A DNA stretch of 64,000 bases, taken from contig CAYPEN010000002.1 of NCBI GenBank assembly GCA_964409875.1, forward strand, positions 274,630 through 338,629, written 5' to 3'. The stretch is from an uncultured Gammaproteobacteria bacterium. Lineage in GTDB: Bacteria; Patescibacteriota; Microgenomatia; Levybacterales; GWA1-39-11. Shown piece by piece: positions 8,914 through 18,750 of this stretch. The position numbers and the translations under genes were made by a program. Position 1 is the stretch's first letter. Every line of letters begins with the position of its first letter. The notes under the pieces are model-generated. The model ran no database searches and had not been told where the DNA came from. It saw only the letters and a list, made by a program, of their open reading frames with translations.

Positions 8914-9128
8914 TTTCCGAGTATATTCCCTCCATTTATTAGTGTCAAATTATATAATGTTTCAAACTCTCTCATGTGTATACTTCTCCTCATTTTTGCA
9001 CGTTATTTCAGGCGTAAATATTCTGATAGCTTCTGGTGATATAATCGTGAATGTGGTTCCAACTTTCTGTAGAGATGTCCACACGTCTTAGATGTAACGG
9101 TAATTTACATTACCTATCTCCAAACAAT

Positions 9129-9683
9129 ATGCGTGGTGAAAGAGAGAAGACTCCAGATGTTGATACGGTCCTTGTAGAGGATACCGACCTGTTTTTTAAC
9201 CTTCTAACATTAGCTGATGATTTAGGAGTCGGCTTTAATCACCTAGCTCAAAACTTTATAAATGCAGCCTTATTAGTTAGAGAAATACATGCAGCAGAAA
9301 AGGAGTCTGTTGTGAAACGGACAAGTGACGGACTAACTGAAATTGACCCTTACGAATTATTGGTTCAAGCGATAACAAAACCAATTATTGATAACAAAAT
9401 AAAATATCGCAAAGATTACCAATTGGGGCCATTAACTTTCAGTCCGCCTATATATTTGCATAAGGGTGCAAAGATAATATCGCAAGCCAACTCTTTGGGG
9501 TCACAAAACCATTTGCAAGAATTAAGCTTAGAATTGGGCGTAGGGGTCGATTCCGTAATAGGAGGAATGTTGCATTGGGGATATGAACAGGCAAGAGAAG
9601 AGTTGGGTGGTGTATCAAGCTTAATGATAAAAAGAGATGAGACAAATAATATTATTCTTACCTTAATTCCAATTACTAAATAA
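9129..9683 (+). CDS. Hypothetical protein
   Basis: ORF 9051-9683; ATG at 9129 preferred as start. Confidence 0.6.
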   Translation: MRGEREKTPDVDTVLVEDTDLFFNLLTLADDLGVGFNHLAQNFINAALLVREIHAAEKESVVKRTSDGLTEIDPYELLVQAITKPIIDNKIKYRKDYQLGPLTFSPPIYLHKGAKIISQANSLGSQNHLQELSLELGVGVDSVIGGMLHWGYEQAREELGGVSSLMIKRDETNNIILTLIPITK

Positions 9684-9685
9684 TT

Positions 9686-10126
9686 CTAAATGAGATTTTT
9701 GAGCTCGCGTTCGCGATCCCGCTCAATTGCCTGCTGTTTTACATCTTTTCGCCTTTCGTAGTCTTTTTTTCCTTTTGCAAGTGCAACTTCCAATTTAAAA
9801 CGCCCATGTTTTTCATAAAGGGAGAGTGGGGCAAGGGTATATTTTCCGGTTTCAAGCTTGTTTTTGAGGCTCAGAAGCTCCTTTTTATGAAGCAAAAGGC
9901 GGCGGGTTCTGTCTTCCTGGTAATTTTCTACACGCGAGAATTTATAAGGGAAAATTTTGGCATTGATAATATATGCCTGCCTGGACATTATTTTCACATA
10001 TGAGCCCGAAAGGTCCGCATGGCCAAGACGTATGGCTTTTACCTCAGACCCCAAAAGTTCGATTCCTGCCTCGAATTTTTCTTCAATTTTGAATTTTTGC
10101 GGCGCGGTTTTATTGAAAATTTTCAT
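9686..10126 (-). CDS. smpB: SsrA-binding protein
   Basis: EAGIELLGSEVKAIR, RTRRLLLHKKE, AKGKKDYERR. Confidence 0.96.
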   Translation of the reverse strand: MKIFNKTAPQKFKIEEKFEAGIELLGSEVKAIRLGHADLSGSYVKIMSRQAYIINAKIFPYKFSRVENYQEDRTRRLLLHKKELLSLKNKLETGKYTLAPLSLYEKHGRFKLEVALAKGKKDYERRKDVKQQAIERDRERELKNLI

Positions 10127-10162
10127 AATGTAATTATAGCCTATTTATGTTTTAATCATTTT

Positions 10163-10876
10163 ATGTCCGAAAGCGAAGATAGCGAACTCCAAGGAAAAGA
10201 ACAACAAAAAAAGAGTATTGAGGATACTTTAAGATCAGTTGTTAATGAATATTTATCTTCTCAAGATATTCCATATGAAGAAAGACAAAAAAAATACCTT
10301 CAAGTAGTTAATTTATTTACAACAAAATATATAGAAGATGCGTTGCGGCGAAGTAAAGAGGAAATGGGCCTCTCTGGAGATGAATCTCAAGCTGAAATAG
10401 AGATTCAAGTGGATGATCGCATTCGTGAGCAAACAGGACTTGATGAGCTCATTTTTCGCGAAGAAGAGGGTGGAGCACGATACGCAAGCAGCAGTGTGCT
10501 GCTTCGTTATTTACCTTTATTTAGAGGTGAGGACTATTGTGCGACCTCAAATGGGGTATTGAGAAGGGTAGGATATGACTTTGCGATGTATCCTCAAAAA
10601 GAGAACAATATATCTATGTTTCCAATAATGTACCAACTGGCTGGTGAAGAGCTGGATGCATTCAGGCAAAAATACGATGAGGATAAGCATTTCAAAGAGG
10701 GAGTATTGAGAAGCGAAACAACTGAAGAGGCTGGAGAGAGATTTCGCGGACCCGGAGTTGAGTCAGCCATGGGCCTTATGACTCAGGCTGCTAAAATTGC
10801 CCATCATAAACGACCAGAATTATTTGGAAATTATCAACAGGAATTGCAACAAGTTTTAAATTCCAATGATTTATAA
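10163..10876 (+). CDS. Hypothetical protein
   Basis: Acidic ORF; ATG at 10163 avoids overlap with smpB. Confidence 0.65.
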   Translation: MSESEDSELQGKEQQKKSIEDTLRSVVNEYLSSQDIPYEERQKKYLQVVNLFTTKYIEDALRRSKEEMGLSGDESQAEIEIQVDDRIREQTGLDELIFREEEGGARYASSSVLLRYLPLFRGEDYCATSNGVLRRVGYDFAMYPQKENNISMFPIMYQLAGEELDAFRQKYDEDKHFKEGVLRSETTEEAGERFRGPGVESAMGLMTQAAKIAHHKRPELFGNYQQELQQVLNSNDL

Positions 10877-10925
10877 ATATAAAAAAACTTTGAAGTTAAA
10901 TAGGGAGGAGAGTGTGGTAATAAAA

Positions 10926-10997
10926 TTGACAAAACAGCCTCAAATGATATAGTTAGATACAGTTATGTGTGAAAAGTAGTGTGGATAACTTTTCACA
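10926..10997 (+). promoter_or_regulatory. Sigma70-like promoter followed by a perfect DnaA box inside a 10-bp inverted repeat
   Basis: TTGACA-16 bp-TATAGT (10926-10953); TGTGGATAA (10980-10988) between TGTGAAAAGT and ACTTTTCACA. Confidence 0.5.
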
Positions 10998-11105
10998 GCC
11001 CTATAGTATAATTATATATCAGTAGGTTGCAGTTTTGAGGCTAGGTGGTAAGAAAACGAAAAATAATCGAAAGACTTTGGGGACTGCTAAAGACAAGACC
11101 CATTC

Positions 11106-12983
11106 TTACAGGTCAAAACTAAAAACTGTATTGCCTGATAACACAAATCCTTTTTTATTTTTCTCATCAATTGCAAAAGATGTTGAATTTTTTATAAAAC
11201 TCCCTTCGTATTGAGTTTGATACTCCCCCTTATCATTTAAGACCACTACCCTCTGATTTTTCACATCAAGAATATACACATTATTGTTATCAGAATCGGC
11301 GTATATTTTGGCCTCATCGGCAATGGGTCCTGCGAGGCCGGTTATGGCAATGTCATCATTCTTGCCTTTAGTGAACCGTTCAATAGTGCCACCAGCCTCA
11401 AGAACCCAAATTGGGCCGGAAATACTAATGTCGTACGGCGTGCTTTTGAAGCTGGGTTTGTCTGTAAAGTAAGAAACACCATCGTAGGAAGGAGCTTTGT
11501 ATTTGAGAACGTCATTATCCGCAAGTGTGTAAATATTGCTTCCGAAAATATCAAATGAAGTACCTTTTATGCTCTTTATGATGGTTTGAGTATTTCCGTT
11601 GCCCCTATCAATACTGACCACTCCCCCACCCATCGCATAGATGAACTTATCATCTGCACTTAAATAGGAGGCGTCTTCATTGATGTTGTAGGTTTTTTTA
11701 ATTTTTCCATCAAGAGTTATGGTTGCAACCTGTTTGCCGTCGTGGTCTAGAACAAGCAGTGTCCCTCCTTTGTTGATAATAGCAGTTATGCTTTTTAGTT
11801 TATCCCCTGTTTTTATAAATTCCTTTATATTTTTTGCACTGCTCCCTCCTCCATCATTTGATATTTTGCCTTCCACTTTTTGTTTGAGATCTGTCAATTT
11901 CTGGTATTCAGAGGATCCTTTTGGATATTTTGATAAAGCATCGTCAATCATTTTGGAGACGGCGGAAAAATCTTCAAGCGCAAGTGATTTGTTGAGATTT
12001 TCAAGATTTGTGCCTTCGTCAAATTTGCTTTGGATGGGGGAAAATACTTTCTGGAATTCGGCTTCCTTTTGAGCCTGCCCTTTTTGATACACTTGATAGA
12101 AGATGCTTCCTCCCAAAGCTACCACAAGTAGTGCCACCACCAATACAATTAGCATTTTTTTATTTGCAAAATTGACCTGAGGGATGGTTACAAAAGGAAA
12201 CGCAGGCTTATTCTCTTGTGGTGATTCGTAGCCCTCGTTGGTATCTGAAAGATCTTCAATATTTCTGTTTTCGCGGGGTGGCGTTGTCCACACATGCTCG
12301 GCGATATTTTTCTCCTCGTGCGCTTCTTCAGGCTCATCTTTTACTTCGAGCTCCTCTTCTTCCAAAACGAATTCATTGTGTTCGGAGTGTCCAATTCCGC
12401 TCAAATCTTTATATTGGAGGATGATCGCTCCTTCCGTGCCTTTTGAATTCTCGTGCACAAGAGGTGTTATGTTCTCGGCAATTTGGGAAACATCGGTACT
12501 GGTGAGGTATTCGGAGATGTTTTCCAGCGGTATTTTTTTGGAAAAATCACCTGTCTCAAAAACCACTATGTCATCATGCTGCAGCTTTCCTGAGAATCCA
12601 TGAAGTTCGTTTTCTACTCCATTTGCAATAACCCCAATTTTCCCTTGCCTTTTAATAATTACCTGTCCATTGGACGCGATGACAATATAAAGAACGTCGT
12701 TGACAATAGCGCCTACAAGTATAGAGTATGAGTACCCTTCATCAATGCCCTGCGAAACATTGCCAACTGCTTTTTTAATGTTTTCAAGCGATTTGTCATC
12801 GAGGGCAAAAAATTCCCTTTGTAATTTCTCAAGAAGCTCTTTGCCGTACGGCGTGACATTCCCCTTGCCACCCTCTTTTTCGATACTTAAGGTGATGTAT
12901 ACATTGAGAGTTGTGTAGGCTTGAGTCCATGTCGTATCGGTTGAATTAGGGACAATTTTTGAGAGTAAAATATCTTGGTTCAT
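11106..12983 (-). CDS. Bitopic membrane protein: degenerate PP2C-like N-terminus, TM helix, beta-propeller C-terminus
   Basis: 625 aa; SGKLQHDDIVVFET; one TM segment; NHL-like repeats (VYILDVKNQRVVVL). Confidence 0.7.
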   Translation of the reverse strand: MNQDILLSKIVPNSTDTTWTQAYTTLNVYITLSIEKEGGKGNVTPYGKELLEKLQREFFALDDKSLENIKKAVGNVSQGIDEGYSYSILVGAIVNDVLYIVIASNGQVIIKRQGKIGVIANGVENELHGFSGKLQHDDIVVFETGDFSKKIPLENISEYLTSTDVSQIAENITPLVHENSKGTEGAIILQYKDLSGIGHSEHNEFVLEEEELEVKDEPEEAHEEKNIAEHVWTTPPRENRNIEDLSDTNEGYESPQENKPAFPFVTIPQVNFANKKMLIVLVVALLVVALGGSIFYQVYQKGQAQKEAEFQKVFSPIQSKFDEGTNLENLNKSLALEDFSAVSKMIDDALSKYPKGSSEYQKLTDLKQKVEGKISNDGGGSSAKNIKEFIKTGDKLKSITAIINKGGTLLVLDHDGKQVATITLDGKIKKTYNINEDASYLSADDKFIYAMGGGVVSIDRGNGNTQTIIKSIKGTSFDIFGSNIYTLADNDVLKYKAPSYDGVSYFTDKPSFKSTPYDISISGPIWVLEAGGTIERFTKGKNDDIAITGLAGPIADEAKIYADSDNNNVYILDVKNQRVVVLNDKGEYQTQYEGSFIKNSTSFAIDEKNKKGFVLSGNTVFSFDL

Positions 12984-12988
12984 ATGAT

Positions 12989-13225
12989 TTACAATGATAA
13001 AACAACCAGTACCAATAGTATAAACGATACAATGGCATGAAGGATAGCGATAAAGCGGAATACCGGTGCAAATGTTACTTGCACCATGAGCCTATTGAAT
13101 GAGAAAACCTGGAATGCAAGCACCAACGCAAAAAGACTATAGATAATAAGAACTAAGAGTAACAGAATCTTTGCGAAAGAATCGGCAGAATTAACAAAAT
13201 GGAAAAAATTAAAAAGTACATTCAT
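12989..13225 (-). CDS. Small membrane protein
   Basis: 78 aa, two TM helices, operonic overlap with neighbour. Confidence 0.75.
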   Translation of the reverse strand: MNVLFNFFHFVNSADSFAKILLLLVLIIYSLFALVLAFQVFSFNRLMVQVTFAPVFRFIAILHAIVSFILLVLVVLSL

Positions 13226-13875
13226 ACTTGCCCCTCGGTGATGTCGTTTATGATTTCAGCAACTTTTGCTGGCCGCGGAACCCTATCGTATTCTATATTT
13301 TCCTCTTCCCCCGCAGTTTGCATGTGCACATCTCCATAATTAAAAAGAGAGCGGATAAATCCAGCTTGCCGATATGTAACATCTTCAATTTTTTCCATCT
13401 TTGCCTGGGAAATTTGGCGGTAGAGAATTCCTGAAAGGTCGATGTCAATAACGTGCAGATTGGTAACGAGGCCAACGTTGAAATACCACAGCGTAAAATT
13501 GATGAGGACAAATCCGAACACGACAATGTAATAAAAGGCGATATAGAATGTTATTGTTTGGGAAGACGGCAACGGAAAAGGGGAGAAATTGAGAAAAAAA
13601 GGAAATAATAGTGGCAGAAGAATTAGTAAGAAAGATGCGAAAATCCACGGAATGTTGGTAGCAAAATGGCGTCTGATAAGAAGAATAATGTTTTCGTTTG
13701 CTTCCTGCTCTTCAAAAGAGACACCTTCTGGAAAATGTGCAAATGAAGAATAGAAGTGGGGCTTTACTTTAAGATGGTCTCCGGTTTTTGATGTAATTTT
13801 TGCAGAGTTTTCGTGGAGCTGCTCATCCTCATTATCGTGGTTTAATATAAATTCGCCGTTGAGTTCGTTGTCCAT
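13222..13875 (-). CDS. Membrane protein with bacterial PH domain
   Basis: Two TM helices then IEDVT...FNYGDVHMQTAG. Confidence 0.85.
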   Translation of the reverse strand: MDNELNGEFILNHDNEDEQLHENSAKITSKTGDHLKVKPHFYSSFAHFPEGVSFEEQEANENIILLIRRHFATNIPWIFASFLLILLPLLFPFFLNFSPFPLPSSQTITFYIAFYYIVVFGFVLINFTLWYFNVGLVTNLHVIDIDLSGILYRQISQAKMEKIEDVTYRQAGFIRSLFNYGDVHMQTAGEEENIEYDRVPRPAKVAEIINDITEGQV

Positions 13876-13943
13876 AAATGGTAGCGTTTTTTGGCAGGAA
13901 AAGTAAAAAGTACTTCAATTATACCTCAAACCCAAATTGAGTG

Positions 13944-15725
13944 CTATTTTTTCTCTATGTTGTAAAGAGGACCTACAATCTGAATGTTGGCCGGGGCCCT
14001 TAAATTAAAGTAATTTTTAAAATCGGTTGCGTTAAAACTCTTTGACCCCGCGTCTCCATTAATGGTCACTTGCGTCGTTCTCCCCGAGCCGGTATCCCAC
14101 GAAACCGACACGTCGGACACTGAAGTAAACGCACCGATACCCCTGCTTTGCAATTCCTGCCTGACTCTTCCTGCATCCCATGTGTCGGTCCCGTCAGGAT
14201 TGGGTTTGTCGGGCTGGGACAAATGGGTTTGGGTTCCCGAGTCGGCTTTGGCAAGGAGCAGGACATTTGTGATGTCTGCTATTTCTTCTGACTTTAGCCA
14301 TGCGGTTCCACCATATTGACTGCGGGAGCCCCAGTCGCAATAAAACCATGGGGATGCTTTATCATACGCATTATTTTGAAGGTCGGAAAAGCTGCTAATG
14401 CTATCCGTTGAGGTATCTTTTCCGCTTTTAGTGTATGAGGTGCCGTTCCATCCTATATCGCTTGAGGAAAATACGTAGCCTCCATGAGTTGAGGAAAACC
14501 ATGCCTTGATGGGATTTCCACCTGATGTCATGACCCATCCGCGGGTAGCATCTACTGCTTGTTGCCACGCATCGGAATTTATCTCCTGCTTTACAACCTG
14601 GCATTGTTGACTGGGACAAATATTCCCTGACCCATTGTTGGTGTAAGCAAGTGCATAAGAGCGAGCGGCTATTGCCTGGGCCTTCAATGATTCATTTGGC
14701 CAGTTGGTTGGAATTTCATATACGTGTTTGACATATGTCTCAATATCCCAATTCGTGTCAAAACTCTGGCCATATTCATTGGTGCCAGACACGTGGATAT
14801 TGATTCCAGTGTTATAATCCTTTTTCAATTCATAGCTTTGATAATAGGCAGATAATATTTGCTCGGCACTCTGCCCTGCTTCTGCCCTTCCTTTGGCTCC
14901 GTACTGATTAAGCCCTACTCTATTAGGAACGCCGTAGGTAAAAAATCCGAAGCGGGGAGAAAACCCGGGGTCTTTACCATTGGTAAGGTCTGAAGAGCAA
15001 CCGCCGCCAATGCCCGCATAAGCAGACTGTGGGATATGCAGGCTTCCCAGTTTTTGTGCCAACAGTTCTTGCTGACGGGCAGAAAGAGCTGCAATTTGTC
15101 CTGTCAGCGTATTCTGATACGCAATTGCACCGTCTACTACCTTCTGTACCTCAGCGCGTTCTTTATCTAGTGATACTTTAGCTGTTGCAAGCCGTTGTGA
15201 AGACAGCTCAAGATCTGCTTTTTTTTGCTCCAAATCCACTAATTGAAGTGCGATATTGGTAATAATATTTTTGTCTTGTTCGGTGTTTCTTTTTTGGTAC
15301 GTGAGCATGCTGGTGATGTCAGAAATATTGTTGCCAGACAGAAATATAAGAAGGGGAGAAAAGGTGTATGTTTTGATGTATGATTTTTTGACTGTCGCGT
15401 CAAAAAGTTTTTGTTTGTCGGAAAGTTTTTTGTATCCTTCGTCAATATTCTTTTTCTTAACAATAAGATCTGCTTCTATTTGCGCAACCTGGTTGTCTAT
15501 TGCGGTTAGTTGGGACTTGAGATTTGTCAACTGAGATTGTAGGGGTTTTGTTGCGCTTTGAGATTGTGAGAGCGCATCCTTCAAGTCTGCAATTTTTTTT
15601 GTCAAATCATCGTATTCGTCAGAATATGCGATATTATGGATAAGACTGCCTGACAAAAGAAAAAAGATACCAACAAGCAGTGCAATTGTAGTAAGTCGAA
15701 TATTATTATAGTTAAAAAATTCCAT
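13944..15725 (-). CDS. SpoIID/LytB-domain peptidoglycan hydrolase with N-terminal coiled coil
   Basis: LKAQAIAARSYA, GLNQYGAKGRAEAG, signal/TM segment plus coiled coil. Confidence 0.88.
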   Translation of the reverse strand: MEFFNYNNIRLTTIALLVGIFFLLSGSLIHNIAYSDEYDDLTKKIADLKDALSQSQSATKPLQSQLTNLKSQLTAIDNQVAQIEADLIVKKKNIDEGYKKLSDKQKLFDATVKKSYIKTYTFSPLLIFLSGNNISDITSMLTYQKRNTEQDKNIITNIALQLVDLEQKKADLELSSQRLATAKVSLDKERAEVQKVVDGAIAYQNTLTGQIAALSARQQELLAQKLGSLHIPQSAYAGIGGGCSSDLTNGKDPGFSPRFGFFTYGVPNRVGLNQYGAKGRAEAGQSAEQILSAYYQSYELKKDYNTGINIHVSGTNEYGQSFDTNWDIETYVKHVYEIPTNWPNESLKAQAIAARSYALAYTNNGSGNICPSQQCQVVKQEINSDAWQQAVDATRGWVMTSGGNPIKAWFSSTHGGYVFSSSDIGWNGTSYTKSGKDTSTDSISSFSDLQNNAYDKASPWFYCDWGSRSQYGGTAWLKSEEIADITNVLLLAKADSGTQTHLSQPDKPNPDGTDTWDAGRVRQELQSRGIGAFTSVSDVSVSWDTGSGRTTQVTINGDAGSKSFNATDFKNYFNLRAPANIQIVGPLYNIEKK

Positions 15726-15799
15726 AATGGAAAAATACGTTCAAAAACAATAACTCAAGTGATATAATGAGACCTCAAGACTTTAGATTTAGTCATGTG

Positions 15800-16109
15800 T
15801 TCGGCATGTAAGGGTAACCTTGCATACCCTCATAAATTTGGGCATGTAGCTCAGGGAATGCTCTTTTTGCTCAAGCAAAAAGTAGAGCGCATTCTTACGT
15901 TAAAAAAAGACTTGAAAACCGCATACAGAACTTAAATTAGTTTATGTTATTCGGGCATGTAGCTCAGGGGTAGAGCGCCATTCTTATAAAATGGATGTCC
16001 TTGGTTCGATTCCAAGCATGCCCACAAAAGCCCCACAGCCAACTTCATGATTGTCTTTTTTTAACGAGCTAAAAATGGATGTCTTGGGTATCGATTCCAA
16101 GGATGCCCA
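15800..16109 (+). repeat. Degenerate tRNA-Ile halves and fragments flanking the intact tRNA, joined by a 14-bp inverted repeat
   Basis: 5' half 15840-15897, 3' half about 16070-16109, inverted repeat 15898-15911 / 16053-16066, extra GGCATGTA at 15803. Confidence 0.85.
15953..16024 (+). tRNA. tRNA-Ile (anticodon UAU)
   Basis: GGGCATG/CATGCCC acceptor, CCATT-CTTATAA-AATGG anticodon arm, CTTGG-TTCGATT-CCAAG T arm; CCA not encoded. Confidence 0.9.
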
Positions 16110-16117
16110 CCGACAAA

Positions 16118-18529
16118 TTATAAATTTCCCCCAAATCCTCCGTCTTTTCCCGGCAATTTATCCTGCGGGCTGTCTCCCAGCACTTCAAATAATCGCGAAC
16201 GCTTTGCAATTTCTTGGTCGACCAAATTCCTATCTCTGCCGTATTTGAGACGGGAGAGCTCGCGGATAAGTTCTGCAACTCTCGGGTTTTCTTTTTTCTT
16301 ATCCTCTTCAATATTGCGGGTCAAATCCAGAGAAAACGGAGGTGTCGGGTCTCCTCCGACAAGCGTTTTAACATACGCATGATACCGCTCTACATTGATA
16401 AGGTCTCCTTCATTGAATGTTGGTTGGAATTCATGCTGCAGATAATTTGCGTCGGTGACTCCTACCCGAAATGAAGCAATTGTTCCGACGTTTCCAAAAA
16501 TAGCGTTTTTGACATCCTCCTCAATTTGTCCTATGAACTGGTTCGCAACCGTCAGGTTGAGCCGGTATTTCCGTGCCTCTGACAAAATCTGAGCAAAATC
16601 AGGGGTGGCAAAATTCTGGAACTCATCAACATAGAGGAAGAAATCTTTCCTGTCTTTCTGCTCCATGTCTTGCCTGCTCATAGCCGCGACCAACAGCTTT
16701 GGTACAAGAATAAGACCCAAAAAGCTTGAGTTCTCTTCCCCGATGCGGCCTTTATTCAGGGAGATAAGAAGAATTTTTTGGTTGTCCATGACCTCTCTAA
16801 AATTGAAAGCGCTTTCCGACTGGCCGATGATATTCCTCATCATCTTGTTGGTTACGAAACGTCCGAATTTACTGACAATATAGTCAAGTGTTTCTGACTT
16901 ATGAAAGTCGGACGTTTGGGCAATTTGGTCCGTCCAGTAGCGCCTGACCATTGGGTCATCAACTTTCGGCAATAATTCCTGGACGAATGACATATCCGTC
17001 AGGGCTCTTACAACCTCAACAAATGTATTCCCCTTCTCAGCCATAACAGTCAGCATCGCATTTCTGACAGAGTGCTCGAAGCGGGGTCCGATGATACCTG
17101 TTTTCTGCGGATCGTACAACTTATACATTAGGTTAATAATTGAGGACGTGACAAAGTGTTTCTGGTCTTCGGTGTCGGCTTCCAACATATTAAGCCCCAT
17201 TGGGCGTTCCGTATCGGACGGGTCAAAAAGTATGACGTCTTCTGCGCGCTGGGGGGGGACAAGAGTCAAAATGTCATCGATAAGGTCGCCATGTGGGTCA
17301 ATAACCGCAACCCCTTTACCGGCGCGAATGTCCTGCATTATCATATCCTTTAAAAATTCTGATTTTCCGACACCGGTCTTTCCGATGATATACATATGCC
17401 TTCTCCTGTCATCGTCTCCGATATACACTGATTTTACTTGTCCACGGAACAGACTTTTTCCAATATATAGTCCCTCTGTTGGAATATTTGCAGGAGCCGG
17501 GGCAGTGCGAGCAGCGAGCCAATTAATATAGGGACTTTCAACACTTTTATTGGGAAAATGGAAAACAGTTGCAAGTTCTTCGGTTGTAAGGACAGTGCCT
17601 TTGTCAAAAAGTGGAAGGTGTCTATAAATAAAATCTACCATCAACATGCTTTTGAAAAATTTAGGCTCCGCCTTGGTAAAGGAATTATAGGGAGAAGAGA
17701 ATTGGGTGAATGAGCCTTCAATATTCGAAAGATGGGCTTCCGCAGCTTCTTTTGTGGATGAGGCGACAACCACACGTATAAAAGTAAGAAAGCCTGGCTT
17801 TGTGATTTTTTGTTCAATTGCCTCCAATTCCTTCGGGTCGGTTGAGTACTTTGCCGTTTCTGGATTTGACTCCTGTTTTTTCTTGTCCGTCACAAATGTT
17901 CTTCCGGCTTTTTTCCATTCGTCTCCTGCATTGGCGATGACAAATTGGACAGCCGCTGACTCACCTTCCTGCATTTTCCCAAGGGTTGCGGTAATTGTAG
18001 ACAGGGGATCGAGCGCAAAATCTTTATAGGTTTTTATCGGTTTGAATCCTTCCTTTTTGAGTGTAAATCCGGCGAATGCGACTTTTCCTTCGTTTTCAAA
18101 AATATTATAATCATCAACTTCTTTTATCTGTGCGTCAGGATATGCTCCATTGATTTGTTTTTCGACCATGTCTTGCAGTTTTCTGGGAACACCAACATAA
18201 AACCTTATGTCTTGCGGTTTGGCAACTATCTCAAATGTAATGCTATCTCCAACCTTCGTGAAAGCAAATAGTCCTTTTGGGGCTTTAAGGGAGGCAAAAC
18301 TGGAAAAAAGTTGTTCAGCAGCATCAATCTTTATTTCGTTATCTCGCGGAAGGCTTATCTCAAGAAGTGTTGAATCAAGCGATTTTTTGTGCCGCTCTTT
18401 TGCACGCCTCCAGATGCCATAAAAATATATTGCAGCAATGCTACCTGCTGCAACCAGGCTTATAACAAGTAGCGACCCCATCCCAACCAGGAGAAGATTC
18501 AAAATTGTTTGTGTATTAATGATATTCAT
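16118..18529 (-). CDS. VirD4/TraD/HerA-like ATPase (type IV secretion coupling protein-like)
   Basis: Walker A GKTGVGKS, IDPHGD, Walker B LYVDEFQNF, SEARKY, ANQ. Confidence 0.9.
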   Translation of the reverse strand: MNIINTQTILNLLLVGMGSLLVISLVAAGSIAAIYFYGIWRRAKERHKKSLDSTLLEISLPRDNEIKIDAAEQLFSSFASLKAPKGLFAFTKVGDSITFEIVAKPQDIRFYVGVPRKLQDMVEKQINGAYPDAQIKEVDDYNIFENEGKVAFAGFTLKKEGFKPIKTYKDFALDPLSTITATLGKMQEGESAAVQFVIANAGDEWKKAGRTFVTDKKKQESNPETAKYSTDPKELEAIEQKITKPGFLTFIRVVVASSTKEAAEAHLSNIEGSFTQFSSPYNSFTKAEPKFFKSMLMVDFIYRHLPLFDKGTVLTTEELATVFHFPNKSVESPYINWLAARTAPAPANIPTEGLYIGKSLFRGQVKSVYIGDDDRRRHMYIIGKTGVGKSEFLKDMIMQDIRAGKGVAVIDPHGDLIDDILTLVPPQRAEDVILFDPSDTERPMGLNMLEADTEDQKHFVTSSIINLMYKLYDPQKTGIIGPRFEHSVRNAMLTVMAEKGNTFVEVVRALTDMSFVQELLPKVDDPMVRRYWTDQIAQTSDFHKSETLDYIVSKFGRFVTNKMMRNIIGQSESAFNFREVMDNQKILLISLNKGRIGEENSSFLGLILVPKLLVAAMSRQDMEQKDRKDFFLYVDEFQNFATPDFAQILSEARKYRLNLTVANQFIGQIEEDVKNAIFGNVGTIASFRVGVTDANYLQHEFQPTFNEGDLINVERYHAYVKTLVGGDPTPPFSLDLTRNIEEDKKKENPRVAELIRELSRLKYGRDRNLVDQEIAKRSRLFEVLGDSPQDKLPGKDGGFGGNL

Positions 18530-18750
18530 ATATTTTTTTCTTCAAATTGACTTTCATCTATCAGGCGCCCTTCTTCGTGTTGAGCCAATTCGCCTACCGT
18601 TTGTCCTTGGATAAGATGGACGGTTTCCTCAAGGCGTTTGTGGTGTTGTCCCTCATGATGTGTTGTTATTCCAACGATGTCAGTTTTGGGTATTACGGCA
18701 TCCGAAGCGTATGCCACAATTTCACGAAGCGTATCTACGGGCGCATTCAT
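18526..18750 (-). CDS. Hypothetical protein
   Basis: 74 aa; stop overlaps the ATPase start. Confidence 0.6.
   Translation of the reverse strand: MNAPVDTLREIVAYASDAVIPKTDIVGITTHHEGQHHKRLEETVHLIQGQTVGELAQHEEGRLIDESQFEEKNI

Larger units (their letters stand above)
4105..9125. mobile_element. Genomic island integrated at the tmRNA 3' end (right boundary uncertain, could extend to about 9685)
   Basis: Integrase abutting ssrA, visibly AT-rich cargo, lies between ssrA and smpB. Confidence 0.7.

Noticed and set aside
16118-18529. VirD4-like ATPase as evidence of a conjugative element between the tRNAs
   Set aside because: No relaxase, integrase or other T4SS genes are adjacent, and such ATPases are common chromosomal genes in CPR bacteria
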